Source: Nymphaea colorata
Lineage: Eukaryota
Assembly (NCBI RefSeq): GCF_008831285.2
Contig: NC_045138.2
Coordinates: forward strand, 8,308,001-8,372,000
Length of the DNA: 64,000 bases
Reading direction: 5' to 3'
The notes under the pieces: generated by a model
Database searches by the model: none
What the model was told of the DNA's origin: nothing
The model's input: only the letters and a program-made list of their open reading frames with translations
Part shown: positions 52,888-64,000 of the stretch, one piece after another
Layout: the number at the start of each line of letters is the position of its first letter
Position numbering within the stretch: the stretch's first letter is position 1
Made by a program: the position numbers and the translations under genes

Positions 52888-53231
52888 AGCCAACCAAGTT
52901 CTAACTAAATAAATCTCGAATATCCGGGCTCTGATTGATAAGGTCAGATAAAGAAAACTGAATCCTATTAACAGTTTGATGGGGATTCATTTAAATGTTT
53001 TAGAATTGAAATCCAATCTCCATTTGGTTTTGATGGAATACTCTCTATCTTATTATAGTTAGCCAACCAAGTTCTCACTAAATAAATCTCAAATTAGGCA
53101 TAGCTTTCTCCGATTAACAACCCGCTCGGATTGGTCAGATCAGATAAACAAAACTGAATCCTCTTAACACTCTGATGGGGATTCAGTTAAAGTCTCACAA
53201 TTGAAATTCCATCTGGATTTGGTTGTGATCG
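52888..53231. repeat. Diverged direct repeat (~150-170 bp, two copies)
   Basis: AGCCAACCAAGTTCTmACTAAATAAATCTC...AAAACTGAATCCT...TGATGGGGATTCA starts at 52888 and 53061. Confidence 0.85.
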
Positions 53232-54226
53232 TTAATCATTATCTCAATATAGTTAGGCAATTAGTTAGACCCAGTGAATTATTTTCTCCTAATCTGGTTT
53301 CAACTTCACCGCGGATTGGCTAATATGGATTGCTTGGAGGAAGTAACATCTAGGAATCTATGTGTTCCATTTGCATCCCTACCTCCAATGGCTTAGTCAA
53401 ACACGGCAAATTGATTGTTCTAGAACTACATTAATCCTTCAATTGCGACGGCCTGTGGTTTGTTTAGGGAATAACTACAGATAAGACTTTTGAAAGGAAT
53501 GGGAAAAAATAACAACATTTTAGATATAAGATTTTCATTAGCAGAAAGGTCTTCCCAACAACTGGATCATCCTCGGCTCATGGGTTGGAACGTGCAAGAG
53601 CTGTTCTTCAAAACTAAAGGAAGAAAATTGTTTGCTGGTGTAGTCACTATCCAGGAAAAGTCTATGTGCCCATTGGAATTTTGATGTATTTCTCTAACGA
53701 AATTTGAGCAAAATGTGATGTAGGTGTCTAATAATTCAAACTTTCGTTTTGTAATATTTTTATGGAAAAAATGTGTTTGTTTGGATAAGAAAGTTTTGGC
53801 AACTTCGGGACCGTTTTTAAAATGGAAAAATTACGAGAAAAGCACACATATTTAAAGGTATTTCAAATGCACATCCAAATTTTGAAATTTGCAGTTCACC
53901 ATTCAGCATAGCAAATACTCTGATATCGAAAACATTGACCAAATATTGAAATAACAGATTGACCCTTCACATTGAATTCAGAGCTTCCCGACCATTAGAT
54001 TCCCCTTTTTAAGTTCATTTACTATTCATTTGCATATTATTTTAACAAGTAAGATTCAAGGCCGTCGGATTGAACTTAACAAGAAAGGCAAAAGAAGCAT
54101 GAGGACAAAATAGGCAAACTGTTAAGGTAACTTTTTTTGTCAAAGGAAAGAAACGCCATGAAATCAAAAGAAAAACGCCCCCAGTCATGCTGAATTCAAC
54201 ATATATATATATATATATATATATAT

Positions 54227-54423
54227 GTTGAGTGAACTTGACTTTAGGTAAGTCACATCAGATCAGAGTTTTCTATTTCTTATTGATAGTAAATCAATGG
54301 AAAAAAAAAGAGAACTAATATTAGATGATGAAAAATGTTCATTACATTTTTTTTTCTTAAGCATTCATACAGAGAGCGCTTGTTTGGATGGTTACACAAC
54401 TCTAAAAAATCCAGAGTCACCAT

Positions 54424-54424
<1 letters not shown>
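54227..54424. mobile_element. MITE-like repeat embedded in (TA)n; inverted relative of 55487-55720
   Basis: Right end CCAGAGTCACCATT complements AATGGTGACTCCGG at 55489. The central A/T blocks also align in reverse. TA tracts lie on both sides. Confidence 0.55.
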
Positions 54425-54466
<42 letters not shown>

Positions 54467-54492
54467 GGGGGAGAGATTCTGGAGCGTAATTC

Positions 54493-55460
54493 GATGCTGG
54501 TGCTTATTGCTCACAGTTTGCCGACACCAACAAAAGGCCGTCCTCAGGGTGCAAATGATCGTGGTCCACTTGCTTGGATATAGGCCCGTTGGTTTCATGT
54601 CTTGTGCAGTGGCAGTTGGGCTCTCTATTGTTCCATGTTATTGCTGTGGCTGCTCATGTTATGGGAGGAGTCCTTTGTATACACGATCAAAAACCCATCT
54701 GAGAGGTTGGAGGGTTTCATGGAGGGCAATGGCATGGTATGCTTTCCACATCTGATGTGCTCCATTCTGCCAGATTACCTTGTATTGTAATGCATATTAA
54801 GGCAATTCAATTTGGAGGGAAAAATTTCAAGTAACATCAGATGGTTGAGTTATGTCAAGGGATCTAGAGCTCTTTCAGCTGTTAAAGAGATGCTGCAGGT
54901 GGCTTTTTAGAAAGCTGTCAGTCTTATCACCCTCTTCATTAGCTATTGGAAAGGCATTTGGGCAGCACCACTTAGGCGGCTAAGTTTCTCTGTGTTCCAA
55001 TTGGAAAATTGTACGCTAGTAGCTTTTCTATTCTTTTCTCCTCTCTTCCGCCATCACTTCTTTTACTCCTTCAAGGTGCTGACTGGTGATTGTTTATATG
55101 CAAAGACGAAACCCTTTGTAGCTGAGCATGTATCATAGTATTGAAGAACTGCAATAGCACGGTGGCATGTATTTTTGTGCTGTTGTATATTATAACTCTT
55201 GTGTGAAGTTGAAGAAGGTTGCATGTAGATTTTGTGTGGGACTGGGAAGATGGGAGGGTTTGTGTAAATAGTAGAGCGGTTCTCATGGGCGCATTCCATT
55301 CTCTTTGGGAGGTGGTGTATGTGAAGTTGATCTGAAAGTTTACGTTGCTCCTTTGTTGTCTATTCCATTTGACCTTTTTCTTATTGCTATTGACTTCTCC
55401 CTTAATTTGGTTAACATATTTTTCCTTTGTAATGTGTGTGGATATATATATATATATATA
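54493..55460 (+). pseudogene. Inverted duplicate of BSL1 last exon and downstream (3' UTR) region
   Basis: Reverse complement of ~58890-59890, with about eight substitutions over the ~880-bp core. Encodes [20 protein letters not shown]. Confidence 0.95.
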
Positions 55461-55486
55461 ATACATATATACATATATAGTAAAAT

Positions 55487-55720
55487 TGAATGGTGACTCC
55501 GGCTTTCAAGAGTCACCCAACCATTTAACCGAAGCCGTATGATCCATCACGATGAATAGTTAGGAGAAAAATAAAGAGAAAAAAGTGATAGACAATCTCA
55601 TCATATACTATTAATTTATGTCTTTTTTCTCCTTATTTTTGTCTCAATCATTCATTTGCTTTAGATGGATGGCCCTAGTTAAATGGTCGGATGATTCTAG
55701 ATGGCCAGAGTCATTATTCA
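55487..55720. mobile_element. Fold-back MITE in TA-rich context
   Basis: TIRs TGAATGGTGACTCCGGC / GCCAGAGTCATTATTCA (14/17), with inverted similarity extending ~45 bp. Confidence 0.7.
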
Positions 55721-55764
55721 TTATATATAATTCTAAGAATTGAAACGGCATTAATAATGTTCAT

Positions 55765-58300
55765 CACCTCAGTATGAAATTCAACAGCTTCCAACTGGCA
55801 TTTGACTTGGTGAATGCTACCCCTACTGGACGGACACGTTGACTTTTACCACTGGATGATGTACACCAGTTATTGCCTGCCCTTCTCAACAGGCTAAACC
55901 ATATGTCATGAATCACCAAAGAAGGGCATGGGTCTACCTTAACACCCATATGAACCCAAAAGGCCACCCAAGTCTACCTTATCAAGATGACCCATAAATC
56001 AGCTTTTGATATCTTCCCAACTTGCATGATTATCATCCCTTATCTTGGGTTTTCTTCCTGAGTACTCTTATTCGTTCATTTCTAGACATAACAAATGACG
56101 AACACGAAGGACAAACACCAAATTCTTGTTGTCCACTTACCTCAAAATTTTTTTTCTGCCACCATTTCAGATTCCTTGATCAGCCACGTATATCTTAACT
56201 TTTACATTGAATTTGTCACCTAAGAAAGTCTAACAAGGCTTGCGGCTCTTCCAACTTGCAATGAAGTAAAACATGGGCACAGGATTCTGATTCACCTTTA
56301 TGACGAGCAATTATTAACCAGAGGGATACCAAAACTTTGCAGTTCGTCCACAGTTAACAACTTTCCTTTGTAAGCCAAAAAGGGCACCATTTAGCTCTTG
56401 GGATTGCCGCATTGCTCCACAATTTCAATCCCAGCTCATCTATATTTCTTCTAATGCTTACCAGATCATATATATCTTTCCTACTGAGGGCTGACACGCA
56501 CCATCCAAAAAGCAGGACAGCGTCTAGTTCTTTTGAAGTATCTAATTGATAATATGGGATAAGCAGAGGATATTAAAATTGAGATTTCTGCTACAATGCC
56601 AGGCCAACCCCAAGTTAATCCAATAGCTCCTCATTTGGTGACTTATCTGAAAACCAAACGCATTAGTAAGCAATCTAGAATGCCCCAATCCCAGTTTTCA
56701 CTCAATGGGCAAGTACTATTTCCATTTCACTAAATAGCAGACATCTTCCTATCCCCACATAACACCTTTCTAGGCTTAGGAAGAATGGGCCTTCAGCTTA
56801 CGTGTCCACAAACTTTTCTTTTCATGAAACTTCTTATTCACTAACTTTGAAAGTAAAAAGTTATCATCTAGGCCCTATTATAGCAAAACAAATTCCACAT
56901 GCCTACACCTTCCTCCTCGGTCCACAAAAGTTGTGCCAGCCTATGGATGACATTTCCTGATGTCGTCTCAATTTCCCCAAAGAAAAGAAATACAGTTTCT
57001 TTCCAAAGAACTAATCACCAATCTAGGAAGCTTTGAACACGATCGTCCAATACCCGATTAGTTGAAAGATGGCATGCCTAAGGGGACACAGTCAGCTACA
57101 AATAAGGTAAGATTCTGCTTTTCAAGTTAAAACACTCCACCTTGGCGGACAACACCAAATGCACAATGAAAAGCAAGAAACTACAATTTGATGATTAATA
57201 ACCATCGAAATCTGTTGCGCAATTTCTCAACTGTCTAAAGAAGATTGTTCTACTTTATGAAACAGCGCAAGGATACTGCAAAAGATATACCAAGGGATAG
57301 CAAGCTATCCGCTTCAGATACCTTGACAATATTTCCATAACCACGGTTAAAAGAAAAGGAGATAGATGGACACCCCATCTGACTGAACCCTCTTTGACTG
57401 TCGGTGGACATTAGCTCTTTTCCATTAATAACTAGATCGTATGACTCGCTATTACACAGATCGTCATTTTTTCACCCAGCCCTCACAAAATCCCAAATGG
57501 GAGAAGATCCAATTTCCCATTAATAGCTAGATCATATGATATACTAGTTACATAGGTCATTATCCCTCACTAAATCCCAAATGAGAGAGACCGTATATTA
57601 AAAAAAACCCATTTGGCTCTACCACAGGCCTTCAAAATATCGCGTGCGCCATTTTTATTCTCCTTCCTGTTTGCCACCTCATGACAGGACTCTCAACTCC
57701 TTTCAACTCAAAGATCCCTCACCCACCTAGCCTGGCATATATTCTCAATCTCACCCAGATAGGTTTTCCTTTCTATGCAACCTTCACATTTTCCTCATCT
57801 CCTCTTTCATTAAGACAAAACAGATTTCCTAATGAAGAGAGCAAACGAACTTCAGCAAGACATGCATGGGCTGATTCATACTTCGAGCTTTATATTCACT
57901 TGAGACAGGGAAAATCTTATATGTGAATTAAATAATTGGTCCCACCACCAAGTGGACGCCCCGTGTTGTGTCATGTGAAATCAAAATTAAACTCTAAGGT
58001 GACAAAGATGGAGAGAATTATCAGCAGAGGAGCAGAGACAACAATCTTGGAAAAATAGTGCACATGGTTACAACTATTGAATGCGGTCACATAATTCTGC
58101 GCAGATAAGAGATGGACGCTCGAGGTACACACTTCAGCATAAGGATCAGACAAATCCATATCATCCAACAAAGAATGGGAACACAAAAATATTTAAAAAA
58201 AAAAAGTAATTATGGCCCATGTAAGATGTGTGAACTAAACCAAGGTCGGAACCCATGTGTTTGAACCATTGAGATCATTGCTGTGCTACTTGTGCAACTC
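55765..58300 (-). mobile_element. Highly degenerate L1 LINE ORF2 remnant
   Basis: Minus-strand remnants of RT motifs: DIxKA-like near 57630, RQ.GCP.S..LF-like near 57360-57385, W..C.P...LG-like near 56680-56760. Many stops; ends approximate. Confidence 0.65.
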
Positions 58301-58599
58301 GGTAGGCGTTCCTATAAATCCATAAATTAAGAAACATAGATCATAAGGAAGAGCTAGGCACAGGCTTTTGTTACCCTAATTTTTGTTTGTTACACAAGTA
58401 AACTGCACCCCGGCAGAGAGATTTCTCGCCCTCCCAGCAGCACAAGACCGAAGGTTATACCCAGTAGCATAGAGCAAGCATTTATATTTAAAAAAACGTG
58501 TTAAATATCAAATCTTCATTGATTATGTAAACCAAAGGTAAGTGGCGAAACCAGATCTACAGAGACAGGAGATATATATATATATATATATATAAGCAT

Positions 58600-58870
58600 C
58601 AAAAAGGGAAGCAGGATTCCTACCCTTGAGAGCGAGCGCAAAACAAGACAATCCGGTCACAAAACGAACGATAATAGCCTTAAAGACACTTCCACGAAAA
58701 AGAACGGTTTCTGCTAATACCCTACCATAAGTTTTACATGTATAAAGTTTTCGTCAGCACTCAAATTCATAACTTCCGCACACAAACATGCTTGAACTAA
58801 CTTTATTCCACTCCTTCCACAATTTCCTTGAAGCAGGCAAGAACACGGAGAAATAGCAAGGCTATCATAG
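58600..58870 (-). mobile_element. Possible short L1 3' fragment
   Basis: Minus-strand SRKLWKEW and LW..SRNRSF resemble the L1 ORF2 C-terminus; weak match. Confidence 0.3.
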
Positions 58871-58886
58871 ACGCCCTTTCAATGCC

Positions 58887-58895
58887 TATAATATA

Positions 58896-58963
<68 letters not shown>
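58887..58963. repeat. (TA)n(CA)n microsatellite at the distal end of the duplicated BSL1 3' region
   Basis: Read directly; the copy has a shorter (TG)4(TA)n at 55433-55460. Confidence 0.95.
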
Positions 58964-58966
<3 letters not shown>

Positions 58967-59806
58967 GAAAGAATAAATATGTTGACCAAAGAGAAGTCAA
59001 TAGCAATAAGAAAAAGGTCAAATGCAATAGACAACAAAGGAGCAACGTGAACTTTCAGATCAACTTCACATACACCACCTCCCAAAGAGAATGGAATGCG
59101 CCCATGAGAACCGCTCCACTATTTACACAAACCCTCCCATCTTCCAAGTCCCACACAAAATCTACATGCAACCTTCTTCAACTTCACACAAGAGTTATAA
59201 TATACAACAGCACAAAAATACATGCCACCGTGCTGTTGCAGTTCTTCAATACTATGATACATGCTCAGCTACAAAGGGTTTCGTCTTTGCATATAAACAA
59301 TCACCAGTCAGCACCTTGAAGGAGTAAAAGAAGTGATGGCGGAAGAGAGGAGAAAAGAATAGAAAAGCTACTAGCGTACAATTTTCCAATTGGAACACAG
59401 AGAAACTTAGCCGCCTAAGTGGTGCTGCCCAAATGCCTTTCCAATAGTTAATGAAGAGGGTGATAAGACTGACAGCTTTCTAAAAAGCCACCTGCAGCAT
59501 CTCTTTAACAGCTGAAAGAGCTCTAGATCCCTTGACATAACTCAACCATCTGATGTTACTTGAAATTTTTCCCTCCAAATTGAATTGCCTTAATATGCAT
59601 TACAATACAAGGTAATCTGGCAGAATGGAGCACATCAGATGTGGAAAGCATACCATGCCATTGCCCTCCATGAAACCCTCCAACCTCTCAGATGGGTTTT
59701 TGATCGTGTATACAAAGGACTCCTCCCATAACATGAGCAGCCACAGCAATAACATGGAACAATAGAGAGCCCAACTGCCACTGCATAAGACATGAAACCA
59801 ACGGGC

Positions 59807-62086
59807 CTATATCCAAGCAAGTGGACCACGATCATTTGCACCCTGAGGACGGCCTCTTGTTGGTGTCGGTGGCCTGTGAGCATTAAGCTCCTGATTTTTT
59901 TATAATATGTCAAACAGTCAGCAAATGCAGCACATACGATTTGCTTAAATATGCTTAAGATTATTATAGAACGGAAGGCCCTACCTGCATCCACGTGTCT
60001 TCAATATGAGGTTCAGGTGACGTGTCTGGTGATGAAATTGCTGGTGGCAAAGGATGAATGAGTTTTGGGACAACAACAAGGTCCCTCCCCAAAACCAAGA
60101 TCGCTCCTGCATTGTTTGCAGTACCTATTTTTTTTGTGGTCACACCAGTGAGAATCACAATAGCGGAAGAACAGAAGAAAACGTCCAAGAGGAATATGAT
60201 GGCTCCATACCACAGTAGTTGGTAGCTGAGAAGAGAGTAATTAGATGGCCTTGAGCAAATCGCTCAAAACCATCCATTACACACTCATGTGCACGTACAA
60301 TCAACTGAAGATCGTTATTGTTGCAAAATTCCATTACACGATCAGGCTGTAGAAAAAAGTGGTTCTTCAAAATCAATGAATCCCAAAGAAACACATTCAA
60401 AACATAAGACAACGAAAGTTTGACTGGATGACCTAAATTCAACGATAATTGCATTATCATGAGTCCTGAAGCAAGTAGTATCTAATTTCTGCAGTTTTCA
60501 AAATTTAACATATTGCATGCCTGCATCCAAGAGAGACTCAGCATGATAAAATATCCGTAGGTGGTCATGTTTTCCCCCTTTCAAACACAGCTTCATGATA
60601 ATGACTAGTCTTGCATACTTCAAATACTTTCAAGAGACATGAAACTATTTTGGTGCTTTGAGGTGTGTGCCGGAATTATCATTTGATACATATACCAGAT
60701 TTTTTACACCCAAAAGACGCCTATTGGACAATCGATGAAAAAGTAGATGATAACCAACAGAGTCTAAAAAGAATTTTTTCCTGCTTTTGATGTTCCAAAT
60801 AAGCCAACATGGGTAGAAGCACCCATTTCTTTAGCTAAGAAAAAAAAAGATACAAAAAATCAAACTTCCCTATCCCTAATGAACAAGTCCCTGAAGCATG
60901 AAGATGGTTGCGCAAGGAGACAAATGTAGGGCATATAGTGCTACAGAAAATATTGTCAGGGAGTATCAAATTATAATCCTCGAGTTTAATCTTTTTAAAA
61001 TTTAAAGGCAATGCACAAACATTCATTTTCAGTATAAATGTGCATCAAAGAAAGTCAATCCAATAGCAACTGAGTAGGAATAAAGAAGAAAATAAAGATC
61101 AACAGTCGGCTCACTACAGAGCAGGATTCTCCCTTATGTTTTAAGAGGGTCCACTACTCCACTTGCCAGTACATTATATATAAACATGATATACATGCTG
61201 TCAGAACATACAATTTTTTCATATATGTGAAGTATAGCAGATGCACCAACCAGAATCTTTTGCCCTCAAAAGTTTCTTGTAGTTTTCATTAAATCTTTAA
61301 CTGTAAACTCAAGGTATAATGATTATATGTTCAAACTTTCAAAGACACTTACTGCACACATACTGAAGAGTTTTAAGTATAAGCCCCATACATTTTGAGT
61401 AAAGACAATAGGATTTCTCATGCTTCCAAGGTCAACCACAAAATAACTAAATATATTCATATGTTCTTTTCTATTTTCTTGTTGTCAGCTAGGGTTTTAA
61501 CCATATAGCCATTCGAGTGAGGAGTCCAAACATATACCTATTGAAGTGAGGAGTCCGGCTAGCAGCTGACTCTCCCCTCAACTAGATGTCAATTGTGAGG
61601 ATTATGCCCTTTTCATACGAGCAAAAAATGAAGTGCGGGTACTATTACTTTTAACTTTTATGTCTTTTTTCTTCTCTTTATTACAGAGGTCCTTTATCTG
61701 TTTTTCTGTTTCTACGTCAGGATTTGGCTTCCATTGGTATGTATATATTGCGAGAAATTGTACTAATGGTTGCTTGTACTTTTCATTTTAGCTGTTTAGC
61801 AAGACATGATTCTTGTTCAATTTTTGTTGCCTTTGGTTCCATCCTTTTTGGGTTGACTAGTAATTCTTCATGTTACAATTGATAGGCAACCAAAAGTGTT
61901 CAAGAAAGAACTCACCCCAAAAGTAACCAATCCTGGTCCCCTTGCATTTGGACGCAAGCCCTCAACACTATCATTCTCCGTGGGGTCAGACCTGCCAACA
62001 AAAGAATTTTAGATCTTCAAAATAGTAGTCAGCTCAGCTAAATTACTCAGATCATTAAAATATATCCATAATGTTAGCTTAGTGCG

Positions 62087-62119
<33 letters not shown>

Positions 62120-62857
62120 CATTTTTAGAGTTTAAGATAGGCTCAGGAAATGTGATTGTCTAGTACCCATTTATGTAGGACACATGTAGATAATTGGATT
62201 ATAATAATAATACTAGTAGGAAAAATAATAGTTAAAGAATAATAGTAATAACAATAACAAAGGAGGGAGGAGCCACGCACCAAAGAAGATCCATGAGGAC
62301 CACAGAACCTGCTTCCATAGTTATAGGTCGTTGCAGGTTTTCGATTTGCTCCACATGATTTATAGATCGGCCAATCCCTCCGTGCATGCATATAATTTTC
62401 TTTTCAATCAGAGCTGCCAAAGGAAGCCAATTGAATAATCTGTTTATACGGTGCCAAGCCCAAATGCCATCTCGTTCTCCCTGGTTAGAAGCAGATCAAT
62501 TTCATAAGATTCAATATACTTGACGAAATCTAGGACAGCAAGAAAATAATGCCCATTAAATACCATGCGTTCAATACACTCGATCCGAAAACCAAATAGA
62601 GCATTTATATCTGCAGCCTCATGATTCCCACGAATTAAATGCACATTGTGTGGATACTCAATCTGGATAATCAAAAGATACATGAAATCAGAACCAAAAA
62701 AAAATAAACAAGCAAAAACTAAAAACCTTCAAACACATAAACAAATCACAAGTACAACCAGTTGGAGCGTACCTTGAGAGCAAGCAAAAGACAGATGGTT
62801 TCTAGGCTGTGTTGGCCTCGGTCAACATAATCTCCCAAGAACAGGTAATCAATATAT
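59807..62857 (-). CDS. BSL1: BSU1-like Kelch/PP1-type Ser/Thr phosphatase (BSL1 type), last seven coding exons; 5' part beyond the window
   Basis: Exons 62857-62773, 62662-62564, 62480-62281, 61991-61916, 60346-60211, 60124-59985 and 59890-59807, all GT-AG and phase-consistent. Motifs [31 protein letters not shown]. The C-terminus [27 protein letters not shown] is BSL1-like (LAW) rather than BSL2/3-like (LAYI). Confidence 0.96.
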
Positions 62858-64000
62858 CTGCAAGCAAGAGCAGCAGACGTTATGTCAGCCAAAGAAAATT
62901 GCTACATCTGCTCCCAATTAATGAACAAATCAATCACGTTCTCTATGCGTTGGTAATCAAGTATCAAAATATCAAAACCATCAAAAGGAGGAAACAAAAC
63001 AAATGATAAAACAAAATTACTAATAAAATATTAGAAAAAGCCAAAAAGCAACATCCTAGCAGCTTGCTAGAAACTTAGAACAGTTACACAAAAGTACTAG
63101 AAACACATCACGTATCCATTAGCTATTGTATCCTAAATAAACATAAGCAAATATCGTGACAAATTGGATGAGTCATTCATAAAGAATCACCCTGCTTTTT
63201 GACATTGCATTTAATAGTGTAAGTTCGCATTCTGCTCCAAAGAGGCACTATCCTTAACCATTCACTTAAAGATTGCTTGGTAAAAGCAAATGAACCGGGT
63301 TCAAATTCACTTTAAAACTATAACAAAGCTAAATGAATTATCTTATCAGGAAAGGATCAAAAGGTATTTTATACTTAAGAGACATTTGAGATACGTTAAA
63401 AAAAAATGCAGGCAATGATTGACAAATTTGGCAGCTTTCCCCTAACCTCACCTCTCATGGATATCAACCCTACAGAATACCCTAGAAGCTGCTAAAGTTA
63501 AGATAAGTACTGGGTAGGCATTACACCATCTTATCTTCTACAAACCCAGAAAACAATTAAAATGTACTGACAATTACAAACATGACTACAATGTATCAGA
63601 CATTTTAACTATTAACAATTAGATAGGTGGATGAAGTTTTTTACACACAGATACAAGTAAAGACATATATTTACATATTTGTGTTAATATAGTATACACT
63701 ACCAGACAGATACAGACTTTTATCAAAAAAACAGAAAGGAAGTAAATTTTAAACTAGAAGCAAGTAAGAATACTATGATACCTTAGAAGGAGAAAGTGTC
63801 AGACTCCAAGACGTTAAAAAACTGACTTTGCAACAACAAGAACAAGTGATCTCAGAATCATTGATTTATAAATGGTATATCATGTGACTTCCTCTAGAAA
63901 ATCAGAAAAAAAAAAAACCATCCTGAGATACAAGTAATTACTGCAGTCCATGTAACATTTTTTTAGAAAAAACAAAGTATAGATCATAGAATATAGAAAA

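Noticed and set aside
54297..55466. ORF-track 152-aa and 131-aa ORFs and their twins at 59047-59994
   Set aside because: Alternative-frame or antisense readings of the duplicated UTR and microsatellites; their recurrence is explained by the inverted duplication.

Overview
AT-rich flowering-plant nuclear DNA; the species cannot be determined from the sequence. Positions 1-44,000 are decayed transposons: a solo-LTR-like element embedded in (TA)n, a hAT with a dead transposase, Copia and Gypsy remnants, and a Copia (30108-43823) carrying four nested insertions. Two host genes lie on the minus strand: an intronless ATL RING-H2 E3 ligase (47027-47554) and the last seven coding exons of a BSL1-type Kelch/PP1-like phosphatase (59807-62857; the gene continues past the window). 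Three structures stand out. (1) A ~99%-identical inverted copy of the BSL1 last exon plus ~0.85 kb of downstream sequence sits 3.4 kb from the original; it appears to cross the last splice junction, forms an ATG-initiated 29-aa ORF mimicking the phosphatase tail, and lies between two oppositely oriented MITE-like repeats. (2) Two consecutive LRR exons with their intron are captured inside the hAT. (3) A 42-nt stem-loop with three compensatory base-pair changes recurs four times in two LTR-like elements. All alignments were made by eye, so identities are approximate.
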